Of a DNA stretch of 56,014 bases, positions 29,193-38,246 are shown piece after piece. The translations under genes and the position numbers were made by a program. The first letter of the stretch is position 1. Each line of letters begins with the position of its first letter. The DNA lies in assembly GCA_017960855.1 (NCBI GenBank), contig JAGCYJ010000004.1:1-56014 (forward strand). The letters are read 5' to 3'. The notes below the pieces were generated by a model, which saw nothing but the letters and a program-made list of their open reading frames with translations, was not told where the DNA came from and ran no database searches. This DNA is from Alphaproteobacteria bacterium (GTDB lineage: Bacteria > Pseudomonadota > Alphaproteobacteria > Rs-D84).

Positions 29193-30251
29193 ATGAGTAT
29201 CATAGATAAGTATTTTTCGCGCCAATTGGTGATAATTTTTGTCATGTTATTGGCGGTTTTGGCGGGTTTGGCGTGGATGGTTCAAATGATGTCCATGATG
29301 AAATTCGTCCTGAATTATGGCGTAAAGGTCAGCAGTTTTATCGGTCTGACTATGCTTATGATACCGTTTATTGTGTCTATCATTGTTCCTTTTGTCACAT
29401 TTATTGCGATTATTTTTGTGTATAACAAGTTGATTTCTGACAACGAAGTGACGGTTATGGCATCTGTGGGACTGTCGCCGCGTCAAATTGCGCGCCCAGC
29501 GTTAAGGTTTGCCACGATTATGACATTGTTGAACTTGGTGTTGAATATATTTATCGTGCCATCAACACAGGTAAAGTTCTATGATACACAATGGAATCTG
29601 CGTTATGGCTTGGCGCATTTGAAATTGCAAGAATCGGCTTTCACAGAATTGTCGTCCGGCTTGGTCGTATATGTTGACAAGGTGTCGGGTTATGATTTAT
29701 CCCAGGTTATGCTGTCAGATATGCGCAATAAAAAATCAGAAATGATTATTTTTGCAGAAAAGGGCAAATTGGTTGCGACTGTGCGCGGATTGTCAATTGT
29801 TATGAGTAATGGGTCCATCCAGGGACGCGGGGATATGATGGTTTCGGGGACATTTGATACATTTGATATGGATTTAAATGTCTCGGACAAGGGGGGTATG
29901 ACATCATATCGTGTGCGCAGTATTTCAACGGCGCAATTGTTAAAAGATTTACGTGATTCACCGACGGCCAAACGGCATCGTACCGTCTTGACGGAATTAG
30001 CAACAAGATTTCTAGAACCGTTTATGAATATCATTTTGGCGGCATTGTGTTTGGCGATATTGTTGCGTTCTTCGTTGTTGCGTCGCCGCGCCAGTTTTGC
30101 ACCAGCAATGGCGGTTGCTGTTATGGCAGTTGTAATGGCGGTATTTATGTCCGCAACAAACATGATGAACAGTTTAACTGATTTTGTCATATTTGCGGTG
30201 GGTGTGTTTGGAATGTTGGTTCTATCCATATTTGGGCTGTGTAGAAAATAA
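29193..30251 (+). CDS. LPS export ABC permease, LptF/LptG family
   Basis: MSIIDKYFSRQLVIIFVMLLAVLAGL... is a typical YjgP/YjgQ N-terminus. It has six TM segments with a periplasmic beta-jellyroll region and lies directly upstream of lptD. Confidence 0.8.
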   Translation: MSIIDKYFSRQLVIIFVMLLAVLAGLAWMVQMMSMMKFVLNYGVKVSSFIGLTMLMIPFIVSIIVPFVTFIAIIFVYNKLISDNEVTVMASVGLSPRQIARPALRFATIMTLLNLVLNIFIVPSTQVKFYDTQWNLRYGLAHLKLQESAFTELSSGLVVYVDKVSGYDLSQVMLSDMRNKKSEMIIFAEKGKLVATVRGLSIVMSNGSIQGRGDMMVSGTFDTFDMDLNVSDKGGMTSYRVRSISTAQLLKDLRDSPTAKRHRTVLTELATRFLEPFMNIILAALCLAILLRSSLLRRRASFAPAMAVAVMAVVMAVFMSATNMMNSLTDFVIFAVGVFGMLVLSIFGLCRK

Positions 30252-30254
30252 TAC

Positions 30255-32273
30255 ATGAAAAAAGCATTAGCATTTTTATCGATGTTATTTGCAGCAACTG
30301 TACATGCGTTGCCATTGGATGTTAATTCACCAAAAACAATCAAAACAGAAAAAATAGAATATGATGTTAAAAGCGGAACTGTAAAGACAACTGGTAAAAC
30401 AGAAATAACAAATGCCGCGGGACAGCGTATGACACTAAAAGATTCTTACTTAAGTCAACGTGGCGAATACTTGTCGGGTGATGATATAAAAATTTGGCTG
30501 GGTCAGCATGTTTATATTGAATCAGACAATATAACCCATGACGGTGATGATACTGTTGCAAAGAATGCGATGTTTACCGCTTGTGCTAACTGCGACAGTT
30601 ATGGTGATGCGTGGGAAATTCATGCAAGCAAGATTATACACGACATGGCGGATCGTATGTTAAGTTTTTATAACATGGTTTTCCGGGTTTATGATGTGCC
30701 TGTTATGTATTTTCCTTATTACACGATGCCAGACCCAGGTGTAAAACACAAAAGCGGTTTGTTGATGCCGAATTTGGAATCAACTAACAAGATGGGAACC
30801 CAAATAAACTTGCCGGTTTATTTCTCGTTTTCTGATACGCACGATGCCACATTGACTTTGTCATATTTGACCAAAGAAAATCCATTGTTTCAGTTGGAGC
30901 ACCGATTGAACTTGGCGCATTCTGAATACAGAACGCGTGGGTCATACACACATAATCGTGAAGGCGAAGACCGTTGGCATTTGTTTAACAATGATGTTAT
31001 TGAAATGGGCGAATACGCACGTGCATCTGTGTATATTGCGCGGGCTTCTGATAAAACATACTTGCAGAAATATGGGTTCTATGAAGACCAACCGTATTTG
31101 GATTCCGGGGCCAAGGTAGAATTGTTCGGTCAATCGGGCTATGCTGTTGCAGATACACACATCTTCCAAGAATTGCGTAATAATCGTTATCGTGGACACC
31201 AAGCGTCTGTGCCAAGTGGTAATATTTTGCCAAATATTCGTGGTGTGTATCAAACAAATCCGTTGTTCGCAGAAACATATATGACACTGTCTGGTGATGT
31301 GTTAAGTATTGTTGGTGATGGTACTTCATCACAACGTATGATTGGGGAAACCCGAATAACAAGTCCATGGACATTGTGGGGCGGCAATCGTTTAACCGCA
31401 TCACTTGCAGCGCGGTATGATTTGTACAACTTTGATAACATTGATATGGTTGATGGCGATAAGTATTCTGGTTTTAAAAATCGTTTCTTGCCCAGTGGTT
31501 ATGTTGAATGGGGGTTGCCATTTATCAAACCGGGTGGAACATGGTCGCAAACAATAGAGCCACGTGCGCGTTTAACAATGATGCGCAGAATACACGATGA
31601 CCAGTTCGCGTTGAACAACGATTCTGCGGGTACTTTCTTGTCGGATACCGTGTTGTTTTCCGATAATCGTTTCGCAGGATATGATTTATGGGAAAACGGA
31701 ACTTTTGCTGACTATGGTGTGCGCTGGTCTGCGTTCAATACAGATGGTCGTGTAGTAGAGGTGTTTCTTGGTCAATCATATGATTTTACAGATAGAGCAG
31801 ATACTGACTTGAACAGTGGGTTCCACAATGGTGGTTCGGACTATGTTGGTCGTATAGGTTTTAATAATTCAAGTTGGTTGGATATTTCCAGTCGTTTTAG
31901 ATTTGATCGCGACAGTTTTGATTTGCGCCATGCGGAAACATCTGCGGTTATTGGTTCGTCATCAAATTATTTTACACTTGGGCATATTTGGGCACGTCAA
32001 TTTATAGATGCGCAAACACTGGCACCAGATATCAACGAAGCAATGGCTGGGATCGGATTAAAGTTGAGTGATCGTTGGTCTGTACGTTTCTCGGCAATAT
32101 ATAATTGGACCGAAGATACATTTTTGCGTCATACGGGAACATTGTATTATAATCATCCTTGCTATTACCTGTCATTTGGTTATCGTCGCGATAATGCGGT
32201 TCGCGAAGATTACCAAGGGAACACTACGTTCCAGTTCCGTTTCGGAATGACGATAGAAGGGCAACATTATTAA
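30255..32273 (+). CDS. lptD: LPS-assembly outer membrane protein LptD (OstA)
   Basis: Signal peptide, OstA-like N-domain (IEYDVKSGTVKTTGKTEITN...), then a large beta-barrel (FTACANCD...GLLMPN...). The context is lptF/G-lptD-surA. Confidence 0.85.
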   Translation: MKKALAFLSMLFAATVHALPLDVNSPKTIKTEKIEYDVKSGTVKTTGKTEITNAAGQRMTLKDSYLSQRGEYLSGDDIKIWLGQHVYIESDNITHDGDDTVAKNAMFTACANCDSYGDAWEIHASKIIHDMADRMLSFYNMVFRVYDVPVMYFPYYTMPDPGVKHKSGLLMPNLESTNKMGTQINLPVYFSFSDTHDATLTLSYLTKENPLFQLEHRLNLAHSEYRTRGSYTHNREGEDRWHLFNNDVIEMGEYARASVYIARASDKTYLQKYGFYEDQPYLDSGAKVELFGQSGYAVADTHIFQELRNNRYRGHQASVPSGNILPNIRGVYQTNPLFAETYMTLSGDVLSIVGDGTSSQRMIGETRITSPWTLWGGNRLTASLAARYDLYNFDNIDMVDGDKYSGFKNRFLPSGYVEWGLPFIKPGGTWSQTIEPRARLTMMRRIHDDQFALNNDSAGTFLSDTVLFSDNRFAGYDLWENGTFADYGVRWSAFNTDGRVVEVFLGQSYDFTDRADTDLNSGFHNGGSDYVGRIGFNNSSWLDISSRFRFDRDSFDLRHAETSAVIGSSSNYFTLGHIWARQFIDAQTLAPDINEAMAGIGLKLSDRWSVRFSAIYNWTEDTFLRHTGTLYYNHPCYYLSFGYRRDNAVREDYQGNTTFQFRFGMTIEGQHY

Positions 32274-32292
32274 AATTGAAAGGGGGAAAATA

Positions 32293-33117
32293 ATGAAACG
32301 GTATTTGGTGTTATTTTTGTGCGGTATGTTTGCGATTTCGCCGGCATTTTGTGCCAGTGTTGTTGCAACAGTCAATGGCACACCGATAACCGATACAGAT
32401 ATTACTGCGCGCACAAAACTTATGGCGCGTCAGGGTAAGACATCAACGGATAATCGTCGCGTTGCATTGCAAAGCATAATTGATGACTCTGTGAAATTAA
32501 ATTATGCGGCGAATTTTGGTGTAAAACCAACAGACCAAGATGCAACGGCCGAATTAAAGCGTATGAATATGTCAGACCTGTCTGCATCGGAACGCGCGAT
32601 GGCGATTTCAGCAATAAAAGCAGAAATGGCATGGCAGGTTATTGTTGCACGAACAATTTTGCCGACGGTTGATGTTTCAAAAGAAGATGTTTCTTCTATG
32701 AAAAACGAATTGGCGCGCGAACAAGGGTTGCCGATTGAAATGGAAATTGTGCGACTTACCGATATTCCAGCGGACATTGCATCAAAATTAACAAAACCAA
32801 AATCTTGCGATGATGCGGTTAAAATGGCAGAAGATTTGGGTGGATATCCGCAAAGGTTTTCCGCCAAGCAGTATGAATTATCCGAAGATATTCGCAGTCG
32901 TGTGATTGGTTTGCCGACACTTACTTGGTCGCCAGTTGTTAATGATAGTGTGTTGTTGGTGTGCAGCAGCAAAAGAACATCTGAATATGGAAAGTTAGAT
33001 GAAATCATAAAACAAAACGCAACTTATAAACAGGCAATGTTCATAGCGGACCAGCAATTAAAACAATTACGTCGCAAAGCGGTTGTGGTTATAAATGACG
33101 ACAGATATAAATTATGA
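32293..33117 (+). CDS. SurA-like periplasmic chaperone (short; SurA N-terminal-type domain)
   Basis: Signal peptide, then SVVATVNGTPITDTDITARTKLM...; position downstream of lptD. At 274 aa it has little room for two parvulin domains. Confidence 0.55.
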   Translation: MKRYLVLFLCGMFAISPAFCASVVATVNGTPITDTDITARTKLMARQGKTSTDNRRVALQSIIDDSVKLNYAANFGVKPTDQDATAELKRMNMSDLSASERAMAISAIKAEMAWQVIVARTILPTVDVSKEDVSSMKNELAREQGLPIEMEIVRLTDIPADIASKLTKPKSCDDAVKMAEDLGGYPQRFSAKQYELSEDIRSRVIGLPTLTWSPVVNDSVLLVCSSKRTSEYGKLDEIIKQNATYKQAMFIADQQLKQLRRKAVVVINDDRYKL

Positions 33118-34223
33118 AGCCAGTATTATTTGATTTTACAGATTTAGAACTTGAAAAGTTTATAACGGATATGGGACAGCCGCGGTTCCGTGCAAAACAA
33201 ATTCGTGATTGGCTATCACGTGGTGCGCCCGATTTTGCATCTATGAAAAATGTGCCGGAAAAATTGCGTGTGGAACTGGACAAGGTTGCACAAACATTAC
33301 CGGTAAAAATTACAAAAAGGTTGGATTCGTCAGACGGGCAGACAACCAAGTTTTTGTTGGAATTAAACGATGGCGAACAAATAGAGTGTGTTTTAATGCG
33401 CACCAGTTATGGCAACAGTGTTTGTGTCAGTTCCCAAGCGGGCTGTGCCATGGGTTGTAAGTTTTGTGCCAGCACACTGTTGGGATTAAAACGCAATTTA
33501 ACCGTCAATGAAATGTTTGCACAAATATTGACGGCACAGTGGACATTGCGTGATAACGCGTCTGAAAAATCAATTCGTCCAAATGGTGATGCAAATAATA
33601 ATGATGTTTCGCATATCGTGATAATGGGAACTGGCGAACCTTTACAGAACACTGAAAATGTAATCGGATTTATGGAACGTGCAAATAGCGATATGGGAAT
33701 TGGTTGGCGTCGCATAACATTATCAACATGTGGCATTGTTCCGGGAATTCGTCGATTGATAGAGTGGGGGCGGCCGATAAACCTTGCAATATCATTACAT
33801 GCCCCAACGGACGAATTGCGTTCGCAAATCATGCCGATAAACAATAAATATAAACTGGGCGAAGTGTTGGCGGCGGCGGATGATTTTACCAATCTGCATA
33901 ATCGCCAGTTAATGATTGAATATATATTGCTGGGCAAGAAAGATGAAAACGGCGAAACAGTTTTATATAATGCTACCGAAGAATATGCAGAAAAATTATC
34001 TGCATTACTGCGTGGTAAAAATTGTATGGTGAATCTTATTCCATGGAACGCGGTTGATGAACGCGACTTTGCGTCACCGTCGGGTAATGCGGTTCACCGC
34101 TTCCAAGATATTTTAATTAAAAATGGTATTCATACGCGCATCCGGCGAGAGAGGGGAACCGACATCGGTTCGGCATGTGGACAATTGCGCCTTAAACACA
34201 AAAGGAAAGAAGATGTTTGTTAG
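33114..34223 (+). CDS. rlmN: 23S rRNA/tRNA (adenine-C2)-methyltransferase RlmN (radical SAM)
   Basis: GQPRFRAKQIRDWL...VCVSSQAGCAMGCKFCAST (CxxxCxxC)...IVIMGTGEPL...TLSTCG...SLHA...EYILL...NLIPWN...RRERGTDIGSACGQL. Confidence 0.9.
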   Translation: MKPVLFDFTDLELEKFITDMGQPRFRAKQIRDWLSRGAPDFASMKNVPEKLRVELDKVAQTLPVKITKRLDSSDGQTTKFLLELNDGEQIECVLMRTSYGNSVCVSSQAGCAMGCKFCASTLLGLKRNLTVNEMFAQILTAQWTLRDNASEKSIRPNGDANNNDVSHIVIMGTGEPLQNTENVIGFMERANSDMGIGWRRITLSTCGIVPGIRRLIEWGRPINLAISLHAPTDELRSQIMPINNKYKLGEVLAAADDFTNLHNRQLMIEYILLGKKDENGETVLYNATEEYAEKLSALLRGKNCMVNLIPWNAVDERDFASPSGNAVHRFQDILIKNGIHTRIRRERGTDIGSACGQLRLKHKRKEDVC

Positions 34224-34974
34224 ATATATAACTTGTTCGGATCCGCGTGACCATAATTCATTTCGTGAATTACATTCTTTGTGGTTTTTGGATGATAGGG
34301 TTGAAATTGCTGTTCAAATGCATCCTGGCAAGGTGTCCAAAGGAACACAAAGATACGAGTGGATTTCTGATGTAGTTCATTCTTTGGAACACGACTGCTG
34401 TAATGATTATAATTTGGCTATACATGTGAATTCAGGGTGGTGCGGAGAAATCTGTAATGGCAAGATACCGGAAGATTTATTGCCGTTGTTTAAAGCAAGC
34501 CATAGAATGCTTTACGAAAGTGTGCCAATTGTAAAACGTATACAATTAAACATGCCAAAAGGTGTAGCGGAATCTTTTAATCCGCAAAAATTGAAAACAG
34601 TGATAGATGCGTTCCCAAGACAAGAGTTTATCTTGCAATATAACAATGTGACCAAGCAAGCGGTTGATGCATTATATAAAACGGGCGCGTCATTCACATT
34701 GTTGTATGATTCGTCTGGTGGTCGTGGTATATCGCCAAATGCGTGGTCTAAGCCGGTGTATAATGGGCGGATGATGGGGTATTCCGGTGGATTAAGCCCT
34801 GAAAATATCGCGGATAATTTATCAAAAATAAGTCAGGTTACGTCTGCCGATGATATGATATGGATTGACGCCGAAGGAAAATTGAAAACAAATGATTTGT
34901 TTGATGTTGCGCGTGCGCGCGATTATATTAAAAACGTAAAAAATTGGGAGTATTTACAATCCCGCATTAGATAG
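34213..34974 (+). CDS. Hypothetical protein with a TrpF/PRAI-like TIM-barrel C-terminal signature
   Basis: 253 aa. LLYDSSGGRGISPNAW...GYSGGLSPENIADNL...IWIDAEGKLKTNDLFDVARARDYI resembles the phosphate-binding end of phosphoribosylanthranilate isomerase. It overlaps the rlmN stop by 11 nt. Confidence 0.35.
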   Translation: MFVRYITCSDPRDHNSFRELHSLWFLDDRVEIAVQMHPGKVSKGTQRYEWISDVVHSLEHDCCNDYNLAIHVNSGWCGEICNGKIPEDLLPLFKASHRMLYESVPIVKRIQLNMPKGVAESFNPQKLKTVIDAFPRQEFILQYNNVTKQAVDALYKTGASFTLLYDSSGGRGISPNAWSKPVYNGRMMGYSGGLSPENIADNLSKISQVTSADDMIWIDAEGKLKTNDLFDVARARDYIKNVKNWEYLQSRIR

Positions 34975-34975
34975 A

Positions 34976-35006
34976 AATAAAAAACGCCCGATTGGGCGTT
35001 TTTTAT
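34976..35006. terminator. Bidirectional terminator (AACGCCC hairpin)
   Basis: aaaaaacgccc-gatt-gggcgtttttt between convergent genes. Confidence 0.65.
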
Positions 35007-35019
35007 TCTTAAATCATCA

Positions 35020-35667
35020 TTATTTGTTTGGAACAATTTTGATTTCAACACGACGGTTCTGGGCGCGTCCAGCGGCTGTGCTGTTGGATGCGATTGGGTT
35101 TGATATACCCATGCCCATAACTTCAAAGCGTGAAGATTTTACACCTTGACCCATCAAGTAAGATGCAACAGATTGTGCGCGTTGTTGCGACAATGACTGA
35201 TTGTATGCAACTGTACCTGTGCTGTCGGTATAACCCATAACCATAACGGTTGAATTGCTGTATTTGTTCAACACTTTTGCGACCGAGTTCAACACTGGAT
35301 AGAACCCAGAATTGATGTCTGCGGAATCGCTGTTAAATGTGATGTTGCCCGGCATGACCAAGCGGATGCTGTCTGAATCACGAACAACGCGAACACCGGT
35401 TGATTCCAGTTCTGCACGCAATTCGGCTTCTTGTGTATCAAGGTAATAACCGACACCGCCACCGACGGCCGCACCAGTTGCAGCACCAATTAATGCACCA
35501 CGGCCATGGTTTTTATCAACCAAAGCACCAGTTGCAGCACCGGCCGCTGTACCCAACGCTGTGCCCCAAACCAATTTAGATGTTTGTTGTTCACCAGTAT
35601 ATGGATTTGTTGTTGTGCAGCCCGCCAACATTGCTGCCGCCAACAAGATAGGTAATGATTTTTTCAT
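35020..35667 (-). CDS. OmpA-family lipoprotein with a glycine-zipper region (YiaD-like)
   Basis: Lipobox LAGC, then the Gly-zipper GTALGTAAGAATGALV...GAATGAAVGGGVG, then OmpA-C (FNSDSADI...VMGYTDSTGTVAYNQSLSQQRAQSVASYL...GRAQNRRVEI). Confidence 0.8.
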   Translation of the reverse strand: MKKSLPILLAAAMLAGCTTTNPYTGEQQTSKLVWGTALGTAAGAATGALVDKNHGRGALIGAATGAAVGGGVGYYLDTQEAELRAELESTGVRVVRDSDSIRLVMPGNITFNSDSADINSGFYPVLNSVAKVLNKYSNSTVMVMGYTDSTGTVAYNQSLSQQRAQSVASYLMGQGVKSSRFEVMGMGISNPIASNSTAAGRAQNRRVEIKIVPNK

Positions 35668-35740
35668 TTTTTCTCCTTTGTCTGAACAAGAAAAATGCTA
35701 AACTAAAAAAACACAAAACACAATATGAAAAATATAAAAA

Positions 35741-35772
35741 GAAAACACCGGTATTTACCGGTGTTTTTTATT
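35741..35772. terminator. Terminator, ACACCGGT hairpin family
   Basis: aaaacaccggt-attt-accggtgtttttt immediately downstream of the 35781-36416 gene. Confidence 0.65.
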
Positions 35773-35780
35773 GTTTTTGC

Positions 35781-36416
35781 TTATCTTGTTTTATGACGAC
35801 CTGGGAACTTGCGACAGAAATAAAATTGCCAATCGCACGGTGTCCCTTTGCGAATACCTTTGCAATGAATACAAGTTTCGCCCTTGTGTTCGCATTCTTC
35901 GTCGCATGGGATCAGTTGGAATCCAACGAATGCGCTTGGATTTTGGTGAATATTTTCGGCATTGCGTCCCAAGATTTGTGATTTAAGTACGTTTTGTTTT
36001 TCGCCTGTTTCAAATTCAAATATGTATTCTATTGGCAGGCCACGACCATTTTTGATTACTTCAATGCTTTTAATACGACGGGCGCGTTGTTTCAACATAA
36101 TTGCAACTTTTGGGTGATCTTCTTTGAAACGACGTGGAAATTCTGGATAAATAAACTGTTCTTGGCAAACAGTGTCCGAAACGAACGGTTTGCGTTGTCC
36201 TTGGGGACGCAGCGAGCACATGCCGTTTTCGTCTGGGCCGGCGCAGCGCGTGCGGCAAGAAACGATGATTTTGCCCGGTTCAATGGCGGTATTGCCTTTT
36301 TTCTGGGCTTGTGCAATAAAGCGACAAGAACCATCCATAAAAACGACAGTCCACCCAGCTTTTTCGGGTGTGACGGTGGAAACAGTTCTTTTTGTTGTTT
36401 CGTTAAAACGTGTCAT
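35781..36416 (-). CDS. Hypothetical cysteine-rich cytoplasmic protein (211 aa)
   Basis: Strong SD (ggaggttgatATG) at 36416 and no signal peptide. Cys clusters are SCRTRCAGPDENGMC and a C-terminal CDEECEHKGETCIHCKG...PCDWQFYFC. The longer ORF start at 36527 overlaps tRNA-Val and was rejected. Confidence 0.5.
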   Translation of the reverse strand: MTRFNETTKRTVSTVTPEKAGWTVVFMDGSCRFIAQAQKKGNTAIEPGKIIVSCRTRCAGPDENGMCSLRPQGQRKPFVSDTVCQEQFIYPEFPRRFKEDHPKVAIMLKQRARRIKSIEVIKNGRGLPIEYIFEFETGEKQNVLKSQILGRNAENIHQNPSAFVGFQLIPCDEECEHKGETCIHCKGIRKGTPCDWQFYFCRKFPGRHKTR

Positions 36417-36526
36417 ATCAACCTCCGTTTGACTTGTTTTTGTAAAATATAACACAAAAGACGCGTTTGTCAAGCAGCGGGTTAAAGAAATAAAAAAATA
36501 CACCTTACGGTGCATTTTATTATTCA

Positions 36527-36603
36527 TGGTGGATGTTAAGGGACTCGAACCCCTGACCCTCTGCGTGTAAAGCAGATGCTCTAGCCAACTGAGCTAAACA
36601 TCC
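36527..36603 (-). tRNA. tRNA-Val (TAC)
   Basis: The reverse complement ggatgtttagctcagttggctagagcatctgcttTACacgcagagggtcaggggttcgagtcccttaacatccacca has a 7 bp acceptor stem, a T-loop and an encoded CCA. It is followed by a hairpin plus T-run at 36491-36519. Confidence 0.9.
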
Positions 36604-36657
36604 AAATCGTTTCGGCCGGCAAATCTTAAAGCATTTTTTCCGACCTGTCCAGTTTTT

Positions 36658-37095
36658 TTATTTTTGCCCTTCGTCCATAACCGCGGTAAATGTGGCTTCG
36701 GCAACTTTTTTGCCGGAAACCATCGCGATTCCGTGGAACTTGTACAGGCGCATCTTGGTCATTACCAATTCAACATGTAATTCCAGTGTGTCGCCTGGCA
36801 TAACCATGTGCGAAAACTTGATGCGTTCCATCGTGGTGAAATAGCCCAATGTTTTGCCATTGTCCAGGTGCAGATGTTTTAGCGCCAAAAAGCATGCGGT
36901 TTGCGCCAATGCCTCTATCTGTAAAACACCCGGCATAATCGGTTTGCCTGGGAAATGACCGGCACACCAAAATTCATCATCGCGGACATATTTAATACCG
37001 ACCGCGCTGGTCGGTGTGAATTCGCGAATTTCATCCACCATGCGCATATTGCCACGATGTGGAATTACCCCCTCTATTCCGCGTGCGTCTATCAT
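36658..37095 (-). CDS. fabZ: 3-hydroxyacyl-ACP dehydratase FabZ
   Basis: IPHRGNMRMVDEI...DEFWCAGHFPGKPIMPGVLQIEALAQ... Confidence 0.9.
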   Translation of the reverse strand: MIDARGIEGVIPHRGNMRMVDEIREFTPTSAVGIKYVRDDEFWCAGHFPGKPIMPGVLQIEALAQTACFLALKHLHLDNGKTLGYFTTMERIKFSHMVMPGDTLELHVELVMTKMRLYKFHGIAMVSGKKVAEATFTAVMDEGQK

Positions 37096-38150
37096 TTTTT
37101 CCCCGATGGTTTTTTATAGTTATTTTTAAGCCATGCGTATTGACGCCAAAACTCTAGCCCCGATACCGCTGGGAAACCCATTTGGCGATCGCCGTCTGGT
37201 ATGTTGCGGAATACGCCAGATTGGGCACCAACCTCGACATCATTACCGATATGGATGCCGTTTGCGATACCAACATGGCCACCCAATAGTGTGCGGTCGC
37301 CGATAACTGTTCCACCCGCCAATCCAACCCCGGCGGCCAAGAAACATTCAGACCCAATCACAACTCCATGCGCAATTTGGCACAGGTTATCTATCTTGGT
37401 GCCATCACCAACGCGTGTGTCGGTCATAACACCACGATCAATACAGGTGCTGGACCCTACAGAAACGCGGTCGCCCAAAACAACGCGACCGACATGCGGG
37501 ATAAACACATTGTGCCCTTCTTGACGGGTGTACCCAAAACCGTTTTTGCCGATAACAGCGTTTGCGTTAATCACGCAATCGGCGCCAATAGTCGCATTTT
37601 CAATATGTGCGCCCGAATGAACGATTGTGCCACGACCAATTGTCACATTGCGACCGATAAAGGCATTTGGATAAATCTTTACATCTGGTTCAATCACTGC
37701 ACCGCGTTCAACGACAGCAAATGGTCCAACATAAACAGTACTCTTTTTGCGGAAAAACACACCGCGATCAATATGGGCATCGTTGCTGATGCCGAAACGT
37801 GGTTTTTCGCGATATATTTCGCCCAATATTTTTACGATATAGCCACGTGGTGTGTCGGTAATCAACAGTGTACGACCCTTTGGCGCGTGCTTTGCCATTT
37901 CTGGTTGAACCAAAATTACCGATGCGCGCGTATTTTCCAATACAGATATCGGCAAAATCTTGAACGCATTACTGTTTTGTTCGGTTGAATAGAACGCCAG
38001 TTCCCCAGACCGTGCATCTGCGATTGGTGCAACACCACGCACAAGCGTGTTTTTATCACCACGCAATTCCAGTCCGAATTTTTCAGCCAACTGTCCGGCG
38101 GTCATTTTGGTGGCAGCCGGTGCAAATAAAGATCTAATTATTTTTAACAT
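37092..38150 (-). CDS. lpxD: UDP-3-O-acylglucosamine N-acyltransferase LpxD
   Basis: N-terminal LpxD domain, then a long left-handed beta-helix hexapeptide repeat region (IGRNVTIGRGTIVHSGAHIENATIGADCVI...). It overlaps fabZ by 4 nt. Confidence 0.9.
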   Translation of the reverse strand: MLKIIRSLFAPAATKMTAGQLAEKFGLELRGDKNTLVRGVAPIADARSGELAFYSTEQNSNAFKILPISVLENTRASVILVQPEMAKHAPKGRTLLITDTPRGYIVKILGEIYREKPRFGISNDAHIDRGVFFRKKSTVYVGPFAVVERGAVIEPDVKIYPNAFIGRNVTIGRGTIVHSGAHIENATIGADCVINANAVIGKNGFGYTRQEGHNVFIPHVGRVVLGDRVSVGSSTCIDRGVMTDTRVGDGTKIDNLCQIAHGVVIGSECFLAAGVGLAGGTVIGDRTLLGGHVGIANGIHIGNDVEVGAQSGVFRNIPDGDRQMGFPAVSGLEFWRQYAWLKNNYKKPSGKK

Positions 38151-38202
38151 AACTCGATTATAGACAATGAATTATCAAAATAAAAGAAAATATTATATAA
38201 AT

Positions 38203-38240
38203 GAAAAACGCCCCAATCGGGGCGTTTCTTGTTTTTTACA
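38203..38240 (-). terminator. Hairpin plus U-run between skp and lpxD (partial terminator or attenuator)
   Basis: On the minus strand: aaacgcccc-gatt-ggggcgttttt. Confidence 0.4.
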
Positions 38241-38246
38241 CTAGGA

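Noticed and set aside
29021-29245. 74 aa minus-strand ORF where rimP would be expected upstream of nusA
   Set aside because: It shows no similarity to RimP by eye, overlaps the lptF/G promoter and 5' coding region, and has no RBS.
29690-30343. 217 aa minus-strand ORF; also similar long antisense ORFs at 45118-45711, 37368-37988, 33407-33937, 22020-22532, 32502-33008 and 49621-50100
   Set aside because: Each is fully embedded antisense or out of frame within a confidently identified gene (lptF/G, pilin-like C, lpxD, rlmN, rsmE, surA-like, P1) and has no independent signals.
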